From NCBI GenBank assembly GCA_009914755.4, contig CP068257.2:21888001-21952000 (forward strand): 64,000 nt of DNA, written 5' to 3'. The notes below the pieces were generated by a model. It searched no databases, had not been told where the DNA came from, and was given only the letters and a program-made list of their open reading frames with translations. The position numbers were made by a program, and so were the translations under genes. Shown here in pieces: positions 15,571 through 29,204 of the stretch. Numbering within the stretch: the stretch's first letter is position 1; each line of letters starts with the position of its first letter. This stretch comes from the human T2T-CHM13v2.0 reference genome, Homo sapiens.

Positions 15571-18177
15571 TTTACTCACATAACAAACCTGCATATGTAT
15601 CCCTGGAATCTAAAATAAAAATAGAAAAGAAAGAGGACATTAAAAAATAAAATATATTTAAATGTTTGAATTTGCCTATATAACTTCTGTTTACAAAATA
15701 TTAATGTGCTACATTAATAAATTATATTTTAGTGGTATAAACAGTCTGTTAGTGGAAATCTTGGTTGTATAGCATTTAAATAAGGTTATTTTAATGAAGT
15801 CCAAAGATAAGTAAATTTAAAAATGTCCAAATTTCTTTTTCATTCTAATGAGCTGTCTGGAATCTGTCAACATTCTGAACTGTAAATGTATGTAGAAGTT
15901 CAATACTGAAAAAAGAGCTTAAAGCATAAATCTATAATTTATAAAATGTATGGAGGAGAAAACCTCCCTTCAAAAAAAATGAATGATTCTCTCTAATCAT
16001 TAATGACATGGCAGCATTGCCAATGCAAGAATTATATTTTCTGTTTTCTATTTAATTTAACTAATTCTTCTAACATTTGGAAACTACTGTGGTATTTAAT
16101 ATAAATATAATATTCAAAACACTTTTTTAAAGTTTCAAAAATAAGAATTATCATCTGTCAGGTATAGCCTACAATTCAACTGAACGCTTTTTACTTTGCT
16201 GGCAATGATGAGTTCCCTTGTGTTAGCTTATGAAAGAAAAAGTAGCTTTTATTGGAACTTTCTCGATATTCTCTTCTTGACCACTAAATTTTTTTTTTTA
16301 ATTTGCCTCTAAAAGTTAGCTACTAGAAAGGGCCAAGTGCCTTTTGACAAATTAAGAATATAGGAAGATATTAAATCTTAATCCTGTAAAAAAATGATGC
16401 AGTTAGAAGATGAATTTTTCATTTTTTAAACAACTATGCAAACTTGACTTATTACTCATAGTGCTAGACCTAATATTTTTCATAATTACAATGGAGAAGA
16501 ATAACATCTACCATGGGGTATTATAAATTTTAAATAAAACTTAAATTCTGAAAGAACTTTGAAGTTAAAAAATGTTACAGCGATGTAATATTACATTCTG
16601 TGCCCTCATCAAAGATAAACATTTAAAATTACAAATAATTGAAAATGTCACCCAGGCATATTTTCATAAAATAAAGTTTCATTTCTCACTCAACTACAAA
16701 AATCTTCTCTTAAAAGAAGTTCTTACAAAAGATGTTGCTATATATGAGAGCCCACTGAATTAATTAGTGAAGTTTTGACTTATAGTTTTGAAATGTGTCT
16801 GCTATATTTCCCAGGGTATGATAATAGTAATAATTGTCTGGATCATGAATATTAATATATACAGAATTTATTTTAAAATAATTTAAACTTAAATGTCAAT
16901 TGTGTGTTAGAAAAATGGATTATTCCTTAGCACTTCTTTCTTAAATTACATTATTTAAGTTTGTTAAAACTATATTATCTGATTAAACAGGTGACGGAAT
17001 CGACCTTAGGAGAGTAAATAGTAGAGTGATGTGTATATTTTCTTTCTTTCATATGCCCATAAATCTCAGTAAATCCAAAAGCTCTTGAATAAATGATCAC
17101 AAAATAATACCAAGATGATGTATAATGCAGTTCTTGATGTATTTTACATTTTAAGAAGACAATCTATGGTTCATATCTTAGCTTTATATACATTCCAGGC
17201 AGTTTATATAAGATGCTGAATATTCTCATTTTATTTTTCTTGTCTCTCCACTTAATCCATTACAGAAAACATGCACTGGCATCTTTGGAGGTGTGTGATC
17301 GTTAGGAGTAATCTAAGGACTAACACTAACATCTGTCAGCTTTTCTGCTGTCTGTAGCCTGAAAGCAACAACACATGCCCTGGTGTCCCAGAGGGTCTCC
17401 AAAACAGGCTTGAGTGTCTTATGAACAGTTGGTGCTTCATTTCGAGTTTACTTTCCAAGTTCAGAATCTTTATTAGAAAAAGAAAAAAAAAAAAGAGGCC
17501 TAAGCTAACAGATGTTCAATTAAGTGGAAAAAAAATAGATAACAGATATACCCATGAATCCCAAAGGATATTTATCAGAAAACAAACTAAATATTTTTGT
17601 CTCTATATTATTCCTTTTTAATGTAATATTCCAGTCAAATATTAATGTTTTAGTCAAAATTGCACAGAAAACTCTTTTTGCCATGATAAAATGTAATAAT
17701 CTAAAGATGTTAAATTTTAAATAAGTTTTGGAGAATATAATTACAAGAAGTCACATATTTTATGCTTAATTTACTACAGAAAAGTTGCTGCATATGTTTA
17801 ATTTCTCTGACATTTATGTAACGTTTTATTAGTCTACCAATAATGGTCAGAAATTGTTATTATATTTATCCTCTCTTCTCCAAAGTGCTCATAAAAAAAA
17901 TCATGTTTTCATGAAGCTTCCCAAAAAACACTTCCTCTTTTGCAATTCCACAGCACTACTTCCAAGGTTGTGTTCGAAATTGACACCCTGTCTCTCCACC
18001 CAAATATTCTCTTTTCAGGTAATTTGTGAGGTGCCCTACATTATATTTCCTTTTGAAGATTGACAATAAAGTTTGAGTCATTAAACTCTGAAATGAAATT
18101 CAGAAAAAAAATTGTGTTTTAAAAAGTTTTTAAATTTTATTTTATCTTAATGTAGTTTATTTTAGTTTAGAGTTTAG

Positions 18178-18488
<311 letters not shown>

Positions 18489-18998
18489 GTTTTTAAAATG
18501 TTACTGTTTTCAGTACAGTGAATATTTTTGTTTAACTTTAGAAATATGTATATGTTATCCACCAAACCACGCTGTGAATTTCCTTTGGTTATTTTATTGT
18601 TTCTTAGAAGCATAATAAGTGTTCAATAAGTATGCTGATCTGGTTTGATCCAGTGAAATTACTTTTATCAAAATATGAGCTGTAAAAAAGGTGTAGATAA
18701 TTTTTACTAAAAACACTGAAGAGGCTACAAGTAAGAAAACAGTCAAGGCTCAACAACTTAAAAATTTATGATATTATTTTCAATATAATGAAGTTACAAT
18801 GATTGATGTATCTAACACCACCAATCTTAAAAAATAAAGCATTAAAAAATATGCTTCCTTTTATAATGGGATTTTCTCCAGAAGGTATCACTATCCTAGA
18901 TTTTTATTAATGATTCTCATGTATTAATTTAAATTCTAATTTCATATTTATATATCTATCAACAAACTGTAGGGTCTCACTAGATGTTTTAACACCAT

Positions 18999-19042
18999 AT
19001 GTATATATATATATATATGTGTGTGTATATATATATATATAA
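18999..19042. repeat. (TA)n(TG)n(TA)n compound microsatellite
   Basis: gtatatatatatatatatgtgtgtgtatatatatatatataaatg. Confidence 0.9.
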
Positions 19043-19055
19043 ATGCTACTATCCT

Positions 19056-19437
19056 GTTATTATGGTTAGGTTTTGTGTCCCCACCCAAATCTCGTCTTGA
19101 ATAGTAATCTCCATAATCCCCATAACCCCTACCTTCAAGGGAGAGACCAGGTGGAGGTGATAGAATCGTGGCTGCGGTCTCCCCCATGCTGATCTTGTGA
19201 TAATGAGTGAGTTATCAGGGAATTTGATGGTTTTACAAGGAGATCTTCATCCTTCACTTGGCACTTCTCCTTTCTGCCTTCTTGTGAAGCAGGTGCATTG
19301 CTTCCCCTTGGCCTTCTGCCATGATTATCAGTTTCCTGAGGCCTCCCCAGCCACGCTGAACTGTGGGTCAATTAAACCTCTTTCCTTTATAAATTATCCA
19401 GTCTCAGGCAGTTCTTTCTTTTTCTTTCTTTCTTTCT

Positions 19438-19493
<56 letters not shown>

Positions 19494-19652
19494 TCCTTCT
19501 TTCTTTCTTTCCTTCTTTCTTTCCTTCCTTCCTTCCTTCCTTCCTTCCTTCCTTCCTTCCTTCCTTCCTTCCTTCCTTCCTTCTTTCCTTCTTTCTTTCT
19601 CTCTTCCTTTCTTTCTTTCTTTATAGCAATATGCAAATCAGGTAACATACCT
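19056..19652 (+). mobile_element. ERVL-MaLR LTR (THE1/MST-like) interrupted and expanded by an internal microsatellite
   Basis: ttattatggttaggttttgtgtccccacccaaatctcgtcttgaatagtaatctccataatcccc...ctgccatgattatcagtttcctgaggcctccccagccacgctgaactgtgggtcaattaaacctctttcctttataaattatccagtctcaggcagttc, then the TTTC/TTCC tract, then tttatagcaatatgcaaatcaggtaacatac. Collinear with the THE1/MST LTR consensus (TGATATGGTTTGGCTGTGTCCCCACCCAAATCTCATCTTGAAT ... TTTATAAATTACCCAGTCTCGGGTATGTCTTTATTAGCAGTGTGAGAACAGACTAATACA). Confidence 0.65.
19414..19622. repeat. (TTTC)n -> (TTCC)n -> (TTTC)n polypyrimidine microsatellite, about 210 bp; (GAAA)n/(GGAA)n on the other strand
   Basis: Read directly: tttctttctttc... 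then about 15 consecutive ttcc units (19521-19582), then tttc again. Near-perfect tetranucleotide periodicity. Confidence 0.95.
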
Positions 19653-19682
19653 GTTCTCAATAATACTGTGCACATTGTGTCC

Positions 19683-20430
19683 TCAGTTTCCACAATGTAC
19701 ACATTCAATCTTTTGCTATTAGATATTTAAATTACTTCTAATTTTTGGCTATTACAAGCATTACATCTGATAATACTCCTGAACTGGTATCCATGAGCAT
19801 GCATGAACCTTTCACTAGAGTATATATTTGGTAGCAGAATTGCTATATCATATTTTAGGCATGTCTTCATAATTGAATGAGTGTTGCAAAATAATATCAA
19901 TACATATTAATAACAAGAATAAATAAGACATTCTAATATTCTCAATCTTTATGCTATTTGATATTGTCAGATTCTAAAATCTTTGCTCATCTGAAGTTTG
20001 TAAAATGATATCCATTTGTAGTTTTATTTTGCATTTTCCTATTTGGCAGTTGATCATTATTTTATATATTCATTTGTAACTAAGTTTCCTATTTTGTTAA
20101 TTGTCTTTTCAAAACTATTTCCTCTGTTGGAGAGGAACTCCACAGGAGGGATTTGAGAATTTTTGTCTTTGTCTAGTTGATCTATAAGAGGGTGTGTATT
20201 TGTGTGTGTGCATCATGGGGTTTTTTATTACTTCAAATAGCAGAAATGTGGTTTTCTTTAATAGTAGGGAATTGATATTGCTTTTATAGAAATTATGAGA
20301 TAGCTTTATTTTTTCCTAGATAATTGTCTAAGCAATATTGATGGATAAATCTTTACCCTTATGTTTGTCATAAATTGATGTTTTGTAAATAATTACAATT
20401 CTGTTTCTCAGCTGCTTTGTTCCAATATTC
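19683..20430 (-). mobile_element. L1M-type fragment A (ORF2 C-terminal/3' region), minus strand
   Basis: acacattcaatcttttgctattagatatttaaattacttctaatttttggctattacaagcattacat...atatttggtagcagaattgctatatcatatttt ~ the L1M reverse complement tatatgttcagtctcttccttttggacatttgggttgtttccagtttttggctattacaaataaagc...gggtatatacctaggagtggaattgctgggtcatatgg. It continues ccatttgtagttttattttgcattttcctatttggcag ~ ctcattgtggttttgatttgcatttccctaatgac. Boundaries approximate. Confidence 0.45.
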
Positions 20431-20559
20431 TATTTTTCATTCTGTACCTATACTACATGGCTTAACTTAATTAACTAAGATTTATAGAGGTATCTGGTAC
20501 ACCATTATCCCTGACCTCTTGTTATTTTTCTTCCTCCTCTCCTCTGCTCTCTTTCCTGC

Positions 20560-21510
20560 TTTCATTAATGCTCATTTGTGCATCCTGCATGCTCCACAAT
20601 ATACATGTTCAGTCTCTTCCTTTTGGACATTTGAGTTGTTCTGAATTTTTGGCTATGACAAACAGTGAATATTAAAATATTCTTAGACATGTCTCTAAGA
20701 CACGTTGTTGCTGTCCTGATGTTCTTCACCTTGTCAATTCTTCCTCTTCTTCTCACTCATTCTTCTCCTCTTTCTTCCAAAGCTCTTTCTACTACTTCTT
20801 TCTCTTTCCATTTCAAAAGTTTGCTAAATATTTTGTGGCAAATAACATTTTACAATTAAAAAATAATCAATGCAGTCAAATTTCATACACAGCCCTAATG
20901 CATTTGTGAATAATATTCTATTAACTTATGGTTAGTTTTGGAAGAAATATTATATTGAGCCCTCTATGAATGAATCCAGTGAACATTTTCGTATATTTTG
21001 ATATTTAATTTTATTTAAGTCTGTGTCTTTTTACTTAATTTTATTTTTTCTTCAGTAGGTCTTGTACATATTTTTTATCTTCTGGAATTTGGTCAACATT
21101 AGTAAAGAATTTATTCATTTAAGAAGACTGGGAATTAATAGTACTAGAACCATACATGTATATAGTTTAGACAGCAATTTTTAATTGTGACATTGAAATT
21201 ATCACTTTACATCATCATCATAGTTTTGTCCACGTGATCTAGAAACTACCTAAGGAGATTGCTTAAAACTACTAGAGTGATTTTGGATAATTCAATCTGT
21301 ACTTCACATTTGAGTTATATGTTTTATGTAATTGGAGCTATACAAATTTATTATTTACATTTAGAATTTTTTAATTTTTTAATTGATAAATTAGGCCTTG
21401 TAGTGTGCAACCTCTTTATATCTACTGATATATTTGGCCTTAGCATCAATTTTTCTGGTATTAATTTGAATCAGCTTACCTGTGTTAATGTTTGCATGAT
21501 GTAAATTAAT
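20560..21510 (-). mobile_element. L1M-type fragment B, minus strand, repeating the L1 segment already present in fragment A
   Basis: ctccacaatatacatgttcagtctcttccttttggacatttgagttgttctgaatttttggctatgacaaacag restarts the same L1M region, about 75 % identical to the start of fragment A. Either a second adjacent L1 copy or an old local duplication. The right boundary is very uncertain. Confidence 0.4.
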
Positions 21511-23378
21511 TTTTAACTTATTTAAAAACTCCGGGTTTTACATTTTAGGCACTTCTTTTGTAAATTACATAATCATGACTTTTAAAAATGCAAACAAAAA
21601 GTATTTTTAATTAATTGACAAGTTTTATTCTTGTGCATTTTTGTGATGGCTGGCATGTTTAAATTCTGTTTTTTCATATTATTTGCACAATATTTATGTA
21701 TTTATCACTCTTTTTTCTAAATGTATTTTAAATTTATAATTCATTTTTAATAATATAGATTCTCAGAATGTTTTTGTGCAAAAGACAAAAGGGAAAGACC
21801 TTCATTGTTGCACTTCAAAATAATCCAAACTTGGATTATATTTTGTTCATTTCAGAATATAAATATAAATTTAAAGTTAAAACTCTTCCTCTTTAATTAT
21901 GCCTAGAAAAATAATAGTGTTTATTGACCATTCCTGAACACCTCCTTTCTCCAGTTTTTATTCCTCTAACAGTATTTGTTTACATCTTGCTGGAAGCAAT
22001 ATGGCTGAACATATCTTGCCTTTCAGTAAATAGAATTTAATTTGTGGGTATGTGATTTAGAACTAGAATAAAAGGTACATACAATGTTTAATTAAGTACA
22101 TTTTAGAAGAGATAAACTAATGTAGGTTAAACTAACTACAATACAAACATAGAAGTTAATCTTATCCATATTTTCACATTCTAGAAAGTTATGCATCTTT
22201 TTTTCTCAATTAAAAAGATTATCATGGGTTAAAAATTTGTCATAAAATTCTTTAAAGGGTAGGATAAAAATGAAAAAAACTCTCACTGGAAATCTGTATT
22301 TGCATAATTACTGTAAAATACCAATTTTACACACAAACAAACAGAAGCCAAAAATGCTTCGAAATCTCATTTGAATAATACATGCATATGTATTGGTTCT
22401 GCATGGCTAAGCCAACAGTTGCATCAGTGAAAATATTTACCTTTTAATGTCAACACTAGAAATAACAATTATCAATATGAAAGAGAAGGCCCTAGTATAA
22501 AATACATACTATCATCAAACAAATCTAATTTCTTATTTTGTTATGAAGTAAAATAATACATTTGTTATGCATTTCTAAAGCAAAAAATTACATAAGTATC
22601 AGGGGTCTATTAATTTTTAAAAGTACACATAATGCCTAATTTTTTACATTGAAGTTAGGTAAAGACATGTATAGTTAATGAATTAAATGATTTTAGTAAG
22701 ATATAATATTCATGGAACAAAATGCATAGGTTATAATTTTTCATTTTGATAAGTTTGTTAATTGTAGAAAACCATGTCACTACCACCTTAAACAAGATTT
22801 AGAATAATTCTGTAAACTTTCTCTTCAATTACCCAGCAGTAAATAATCTGTCAGCATAGATTCATTTTGGTTTTTCTTGGAATTTAGATAAATGAAATTA
22901 TACAATGTGTATTTTTTAGAGTATCACACCTTTTCACTCATAGATGCAAAAACATGTATTGGTAGTTTGCTCCAATTGTACAGATAATAAAATTTATTGA
23001 ATAAATAAATCAACATTTATTTATTCTGCATTTAATATACTTGTGGGCTGTTTGTTGCTTTGGGCTTAGATTATCTCTTTTAACCTTTGTATATCTTTCA
23101 ACTTTCCTTATGATAAGTATAGACAAGAGGCCTATGATGGGTAAGTTATTTTTCGTGTTATAATTTATAATACTTTTCAAATATCACCTGGCTTAATTCA
23201 TGCCACAGGCCCTTTTCCATCACTCAGATGAATTTTTAAATCTTATATTCATTACGTATTTTGCTATTTTGTTTACCACATTGATTTTCATGCACTTGCT
23301 TAGTACACTTTCATTCACCATCACATAAGTTTCAACATGTTCTTAGCTTCATTAATTTCTCAATCCCAGGTTACTACA

Positions 23379-23737
23379 TGCTATGGTTTGAATGTTGTCC
23401 CCTTCTGAACTCTTATTGAAATTTAATTGCCATTGTAACAGTATTAAGAGGTAGGACCTTTAAGGCGTGATTAGGCCATGAAGACTTCACATTTTTGGGT
23501 GGAATTGGTGCTGTTATAAAAGGGTGACTTCAGTTCATCCCCCTCTTGCTCTCGTTCTTTCTATCTTACTATGTCTTTACCCTTCTCCTATGGGATGATG
23601 CAGCAAAAGGCCTTGCCAGATGACGACCCCTTGATTTGAACTTCACACTTCCAGAACTATAAGCCGATAAAGTTCTATTCTTAATAATAAGTCAGTCTGT
23701 GGTATTCCATTATAGGAAGACAAAACAGACTAAGATA
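23379..23737 (+). mobile_element. 5' LTR of a provirus-like ERVL-MaLR element (MST/MLT-like)
   Basis: tgctatggtttgaatgttgtccccttctgaactcttattgaaatttaattgccattgtaacagtattaagaggtaggacctttaaggcgtgattaggccatgaag...ccagaactataagccgataaagttctattcttaataataagtcagtctgtggtattccattataggaagacaaaacagactaagata. It begins TG and is preceded by ctaca. Confidence 0.65.
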
Positions 23738-25427
23738 ATGAATTGGTACTGAGAAGTGGGGCTGTTGGTATAACAAATACCTAAAAATGTGAAAGCAACT
23801 TTGAAATGGATAGTGGGTGGAGGTTGAAAGAATTTGGAGGAGTAGGCTAGAAAAAGCCTATACAGCCCTAAACAGAGCATTAAGGGCAATTCCGGTGAGG
23901 GTTCAGAAGAGAACTTTAGGGTAAGTGGAACTTCTTAAGGATTACTTAAGTTGTTGTGATCAGAATGTTGGAAGAACTATAGGCAGTCAAGGCAATTCTG
24001 ATGAGGTCTCAGATAGAAATAAAAACAAGATATTGGAAACTGGAGTAAAGACCATTCTTGTTATACAGTGGCGAAGAACTTGGCTGAATTGTGTCCATGC
24101 CAGAGGGCTTTCTGGAAGGCAGAATTTAAGTGCAATGAATTAAGATGTCTGCTGGAAGAAATATCTGAGCAGAAAAGCATTCAGGATGATGTGTGGCTAC
24201 TTTTAACTGCATATAGAAAATGGGAAAATAAATACTTACAAGGAGAACAGAATTTAGGGAATTGAAGTATTCTGAGCCTGGTGGTGTGGTCGAAAATAAA
24301 AGACCATTTTCAGGCGAGGAATCCAAGGTTGCGGCCAAGTGACCTATTTGATAAGGAGATTAGTAGGAATAGAACAAAGCCAAAAGCTATTCATCAGGAC
24401 AATGGGAAAATGGCCATAAAGGCACTGTGGAGCTTACAAGTGTGACCGCTCCCATCACAGGCCCAGAGTGTCAAGGCCTGACTGAAGGAAATATGTCAAA
24501 GGAGAGGTTTCAGTGCTCTCAGGAACTTGGAACTTACTGTCCAGGGCCAACTCAAGTCTCAGTTCCCTACATTCTAGTGCAGGGCTCGTCAGCTGCCCCA
24601 GCCACATCTCAGGACTGCCAGGATCAGCTACACGCAGCTGAGAATCAATCCCACCCACTTCTCCAGAAGGTATGAGCAGCAAATCTTGGTGGCACCTAAG
24701 TGGTGTTGTCTGCAGGCATGCAAAATAAACAAGCTGTGAGGGGCATGGTTTCCTTCACCTGAATTTGAAAGCATGTTGCTAACAGCCTGGTGTCCCGGGA
24801 AAAGACTTGTTATAAGGGCAGAGCCACTGCAAAAAGCTCCCATTGGAGAAATACCTAGCAAAATTTTGGGGTTGGATCTGTACAGCGAATCCCCAGTGGG
24901 CTGAGGAAAGCTGTTGGAATGGGGCTTCCCTTGAGACCCCAGAAATGGAGAGTCACCAGTGTTCAATTCCAGCCTGAGAGAGCTACAGGCACCTGCTCTC
25001 AGTGTATGAGAGGTGCAGGCATGAGCTCTGCCTGGCAAAACTATAGTGATGGGGCTTCCTTAAATCTTGTGGCCCCCAATTCTGTGCCACTGTGTTCAGA
25101 GGGTGGGACACGGAGTCAAAGAAGATTGTCCTCCAGCCTTAAGATTTAATCTTGTTCTCCCTGTTGGGCTTTGTAATTACTTGGAACAAGTTATTGGGTT
25201 TTTTTCTTGTCCATTTTCTCCTTTTGGAATAGTAATGTCTATCTTATATCTGTTTTCCTATTCTATTTTGGAAATATATAATTTGTTTGATTTCACAAGC
25301 TCACAGTCGGAGAGAAATCTGCCTCAAGGTGAATTGTGCCTTGCGTTTCACCTGAATCCAGTTTAGATGAAACTCTGGACTTTGGATATTTTAGTTGATA
25401 CTGGATTCGGTTAAGAATTTAGAGATT

Positions 25428-25956
<529 letters not shown>

Positions 25957-26022
25957 TTATTGGATAGAATAAATGTAGTCTTTATGCTAATACTGCATGA
26001 GTTTTAGGGGTCAGAGGCAGAA

Positions 26023-26353
26023 AACTATGATTTCAATGTTGTCCCCTTCAAAACTAATCTTGAAGTTTGTCATTGTAGCAGTTTTAAGAAGTGGGACCTT
26101 TAAGACACGATTAGGCCATAAGGGCTCCAACTTACGGGTGGCATTGCTGCTGTCATATAAGGACAAGTCTGTCCCTCTGTTGTCCTTCCACATTCCACCA
26201 CTACATACTACAGCAAGAAGGCCATTAGACAATGTCAGCTCCTCAGTTTTGGAATTTTCAACCTCCAGAATTATGAGCTAATAAACTTACTATCATTCAA
26301 AAATTACATAGTCTGTGGTATTTTATTATAGCAGCACAAAATGGACTCTGACA
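26023..26353 (+). mobile_element. 3' LTR of the provirus-like ERVL-MaLR element
   Basis: ctatgatttcaatgttgtccccttcaaaactaatcttgaagtttgtcattgtagcagttttaagaagtgggacctttaagacacgattaggccataagggc...caacctccagaattatgagctaataaacttactatcattcaaaaattacatagtctgtggtattttattatagcagcacaaaatggactctgaca. Collinear with the 5' LTR at roughly 70-75 % identity (my visual estimate). It ends CA and is followed by ctaca. Confidence 0.6.
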
Positions 26354-27252
26354 CTACACTATTGTCATAGAGTCATGATAAACGCCGTTTTTGTGCAAGC
26401 TGCATAACATGGAGAGGTAAGACAATTAGCTCAGTCTCCATTGATTGAATTAATAAAGAACTTTTTTCTTCAAATAATGTACATTATTAGACAGGTTAAG
26501 GATGTGGTTAAATTTATGGTGACCTCCATGGATCAAGAGATATATTTTTCCTATCTGAAAGGAGAAGTCATCCAAAAGGAAATGATCGGAAATGAGTATA
26601 CCTGTCCTTTGCCTGAGCTACTAGTACAGCACTGCTGATGTTATACTATTCAGAGTGTATTAGGAATATATTACTTCCCCTTTCAGAACACAATAATATG
26701 CGTGTGTAAATCAGCCTTGGCCCTGCCACTGGCTGAGATACTCTGCTTGCTAAATCTTAGTGAAGTTGCTGAACTCATTTCCCATTGTATTTCTCAAATT
26801 TTCTTTAAGCAGATGTTATTAATGGAATTACATAATTCCTTGCCAAGAGTCAATTCTTCAGAATGTTGAATTAGTGCTGTTATGTGGTGCCTCATTCAGT
26901 GAGAATTAATACAAATCAAAGAGATCCTTGAAACTCTGCAAGATAGATTTTGTGGATCAATTAGCTTGACTGATAATCAGTAAGTCTAAACACTAATCAA
27001 CATTTGGAATTGTCTTCTTGACAGAAATAATGGAAAGCAATAGTCTGTGTTCACTGGAATGGAGGAAAGCTGATGCACATAAATAGGTAGTGTCATGTAT
27101 ATGTGAGTGGGAGGAGGTTGAGGGAGAGAAGTTTGGTTATAGAGATTCATTCCTTGTCTGAGCATGTCTGCTGCTGCCAAAGGAACATCATGAGTAGTGG
27201 GAAGACAGCTTAGCTAAAGAATAGGATGCGTGCAGATTTTAAATATTCTGGG

Positions 27253-27588
<336 letters not shown>

Positions 27589-28489
27589 CTACAGGTTTCT
27601 TATATCTGTGTATTCCTACAACTTCTCTGCATGGGTATTCCTTCTCCACTTATCTACGTATGTGTAAATTGTTGCTGTTTAAAATATGTCACTGTGGAGC
27701 AGTGTTTACCCACTAGTACACTTTATTAATAACTTTAAATTGGGGAGGACCAATAAAAAGTTAGTAACAGCATTCTATTTGTACATATAAATTTTAACCA
27801 GAAACATTCTAAATTGATAAAATTCCTGAATAAATAGTTGAATTGAATCACATATTTTTCAAAAAAAACACAATTTGCTTAATTTAACCTGTTCTTAACA
27901 GTACTGGCATAAATCTTACTCTAATGAATGATTGCTTTGTAATAAAAACAGAATATTATAATACTAATAATGTATTTATGCCTTAATATGTATTTGTTTG
28001 TTAAGTTCTAAAGTTCTTACCTGTTTTTCACCTTTTCCGTTATTTATTACTTAATTCCTTCCTCTGTTTTTTATTTCCTCTCTTAATTCTTTTCTTCTTT
28101 CTTCCCGTCTTACTTCTCCTTCCCTCCCTCTCTCCACTCGCTCCTTTCTTCATTTATTCTTTTTCTTTGTTGCTTTTATTTGACAATTCATGAGTCTCAT
28201 TCTCTTCTCATTCAATAGGCAGAATTTTAATGTGTTTGATAGAATATTTAATTCATATATTTATTTTTGAATCAAATATACAGCTCTTTTATTTCTATGA
28301 ATGATAGTATGCAATAGTTTTAATTTTATATTTCACAGCTTTTACTCAGTATCCTTGCAAAAATCAATCCACGTTGCTGGATGTGCACTGCTACTACACT
28401 GTTAGTAGCAATTCTGGGATTATGCCATAATGTGCATCAACCATATTGTATATATTCAGTTCACAGTAATGGAAGCATAGATCGCATTT

Positions 28490-29204
28490 AGTACTTAATA
28501 ATTTCATATGCTTTCACTCTGAATGTATGTAAAGTTTTCTCTGAACACATAAAAAGATGTTTAACCTCCCTAATCATCTGGGAAATGCAAATCAAAAACA
28601 CCATGAGATTTACCTCATATCCACTAGAATGCTACTATTAAAAACAAACAAACAAACAAACAAACAAAAAACCTCTAACCAAAACCCCGAAATAAGTATT
28701 GGTAAGGATGTGGAAAATTTAGAACCCTTGCTCATTGTTGGTAGGTATAAAAAATAGGGCAGCCACTATGAAAAACAATATGGTGGCTCCTCAAAAACCT
28801 AAATGTAGAATTATCTTATGGTTCACCAATTCCACTTCTGAAATAAAACCCAAAGAATTGAAAGCAGGGACTCAAATGGGTATTTGTACATCCACATTAA
28901 TGTAGCATTATTAATAATAGCCAAAATGTAGAAGCAACCCACCAATTGTTAATTGACAGATGAATGCATGCACAAAATATGGTATAACACTTACAATGGG
29001 ATATTAAAAGGAAGGAAATCTGACATATACAAAATGGATGAACCTTAAGGATAGTGTGCTCAGTGAGGTAAGCCAGTCACAAAAAAGACAATTACTCATA
29101 CAATGTTCCTTGAGTCATCAAATTCAGAGAAACAGAGAGTAGAATGGTGGTTGCCAGGTGCCCGAAGGGTAAAAATAATGGAAAGGTTTTTATTTGTTTT
29201 TTTT
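28490..29204 (+). mobile_element. L1M-type element, 5' part of its 3' region (ORF2 C-terminal to 3'UTR), split by a later L1 insertion
   Basis: ctctgaacacataaaaagatgtttaacctccctaatcatctgggaaatgcaaatcaaaaacaccatgagat...cagagagtagaatggtggttgccaggtgcccgaagggtaaaaataatggaaaggttttta ~ the L1M 3' consensus cagaaagtagaatggtggttgccaggggctgggggg...ggggagttattgtttaatgg. Confidence 0.65.
28641..28672. repeat. (CAAA)n microsatellite inside the L1M
   Basis: aaaaacaaacaaacaaacaaacaaacaaaaaacc. Confidence 0.8.

Noticed and set aside
19197-19730. 177-aa plus-strand ORF (…SFFLSFFLSFFLSFLPSFLPSF…)
   Set aside because: It lies entirely inside the MaLR LTR plus (TTTC/TTCC)n microsatellite. The repetitive translation is an artefact of the tetranucleotide repeat. 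The antisense 104-aa ORF (KEGRKEGRKEGRKE…) at 19394-19708 is the same artefact.
24427-25038. Overlapping ORFs of 82-136 aa on both strands
   Set aside because: They lie in the putative MaLR internal region, which is non-coding in MaLRs. The frames overlap on opposite strands, which is typical of chance ORFs in GC-moderate repeat DNA.
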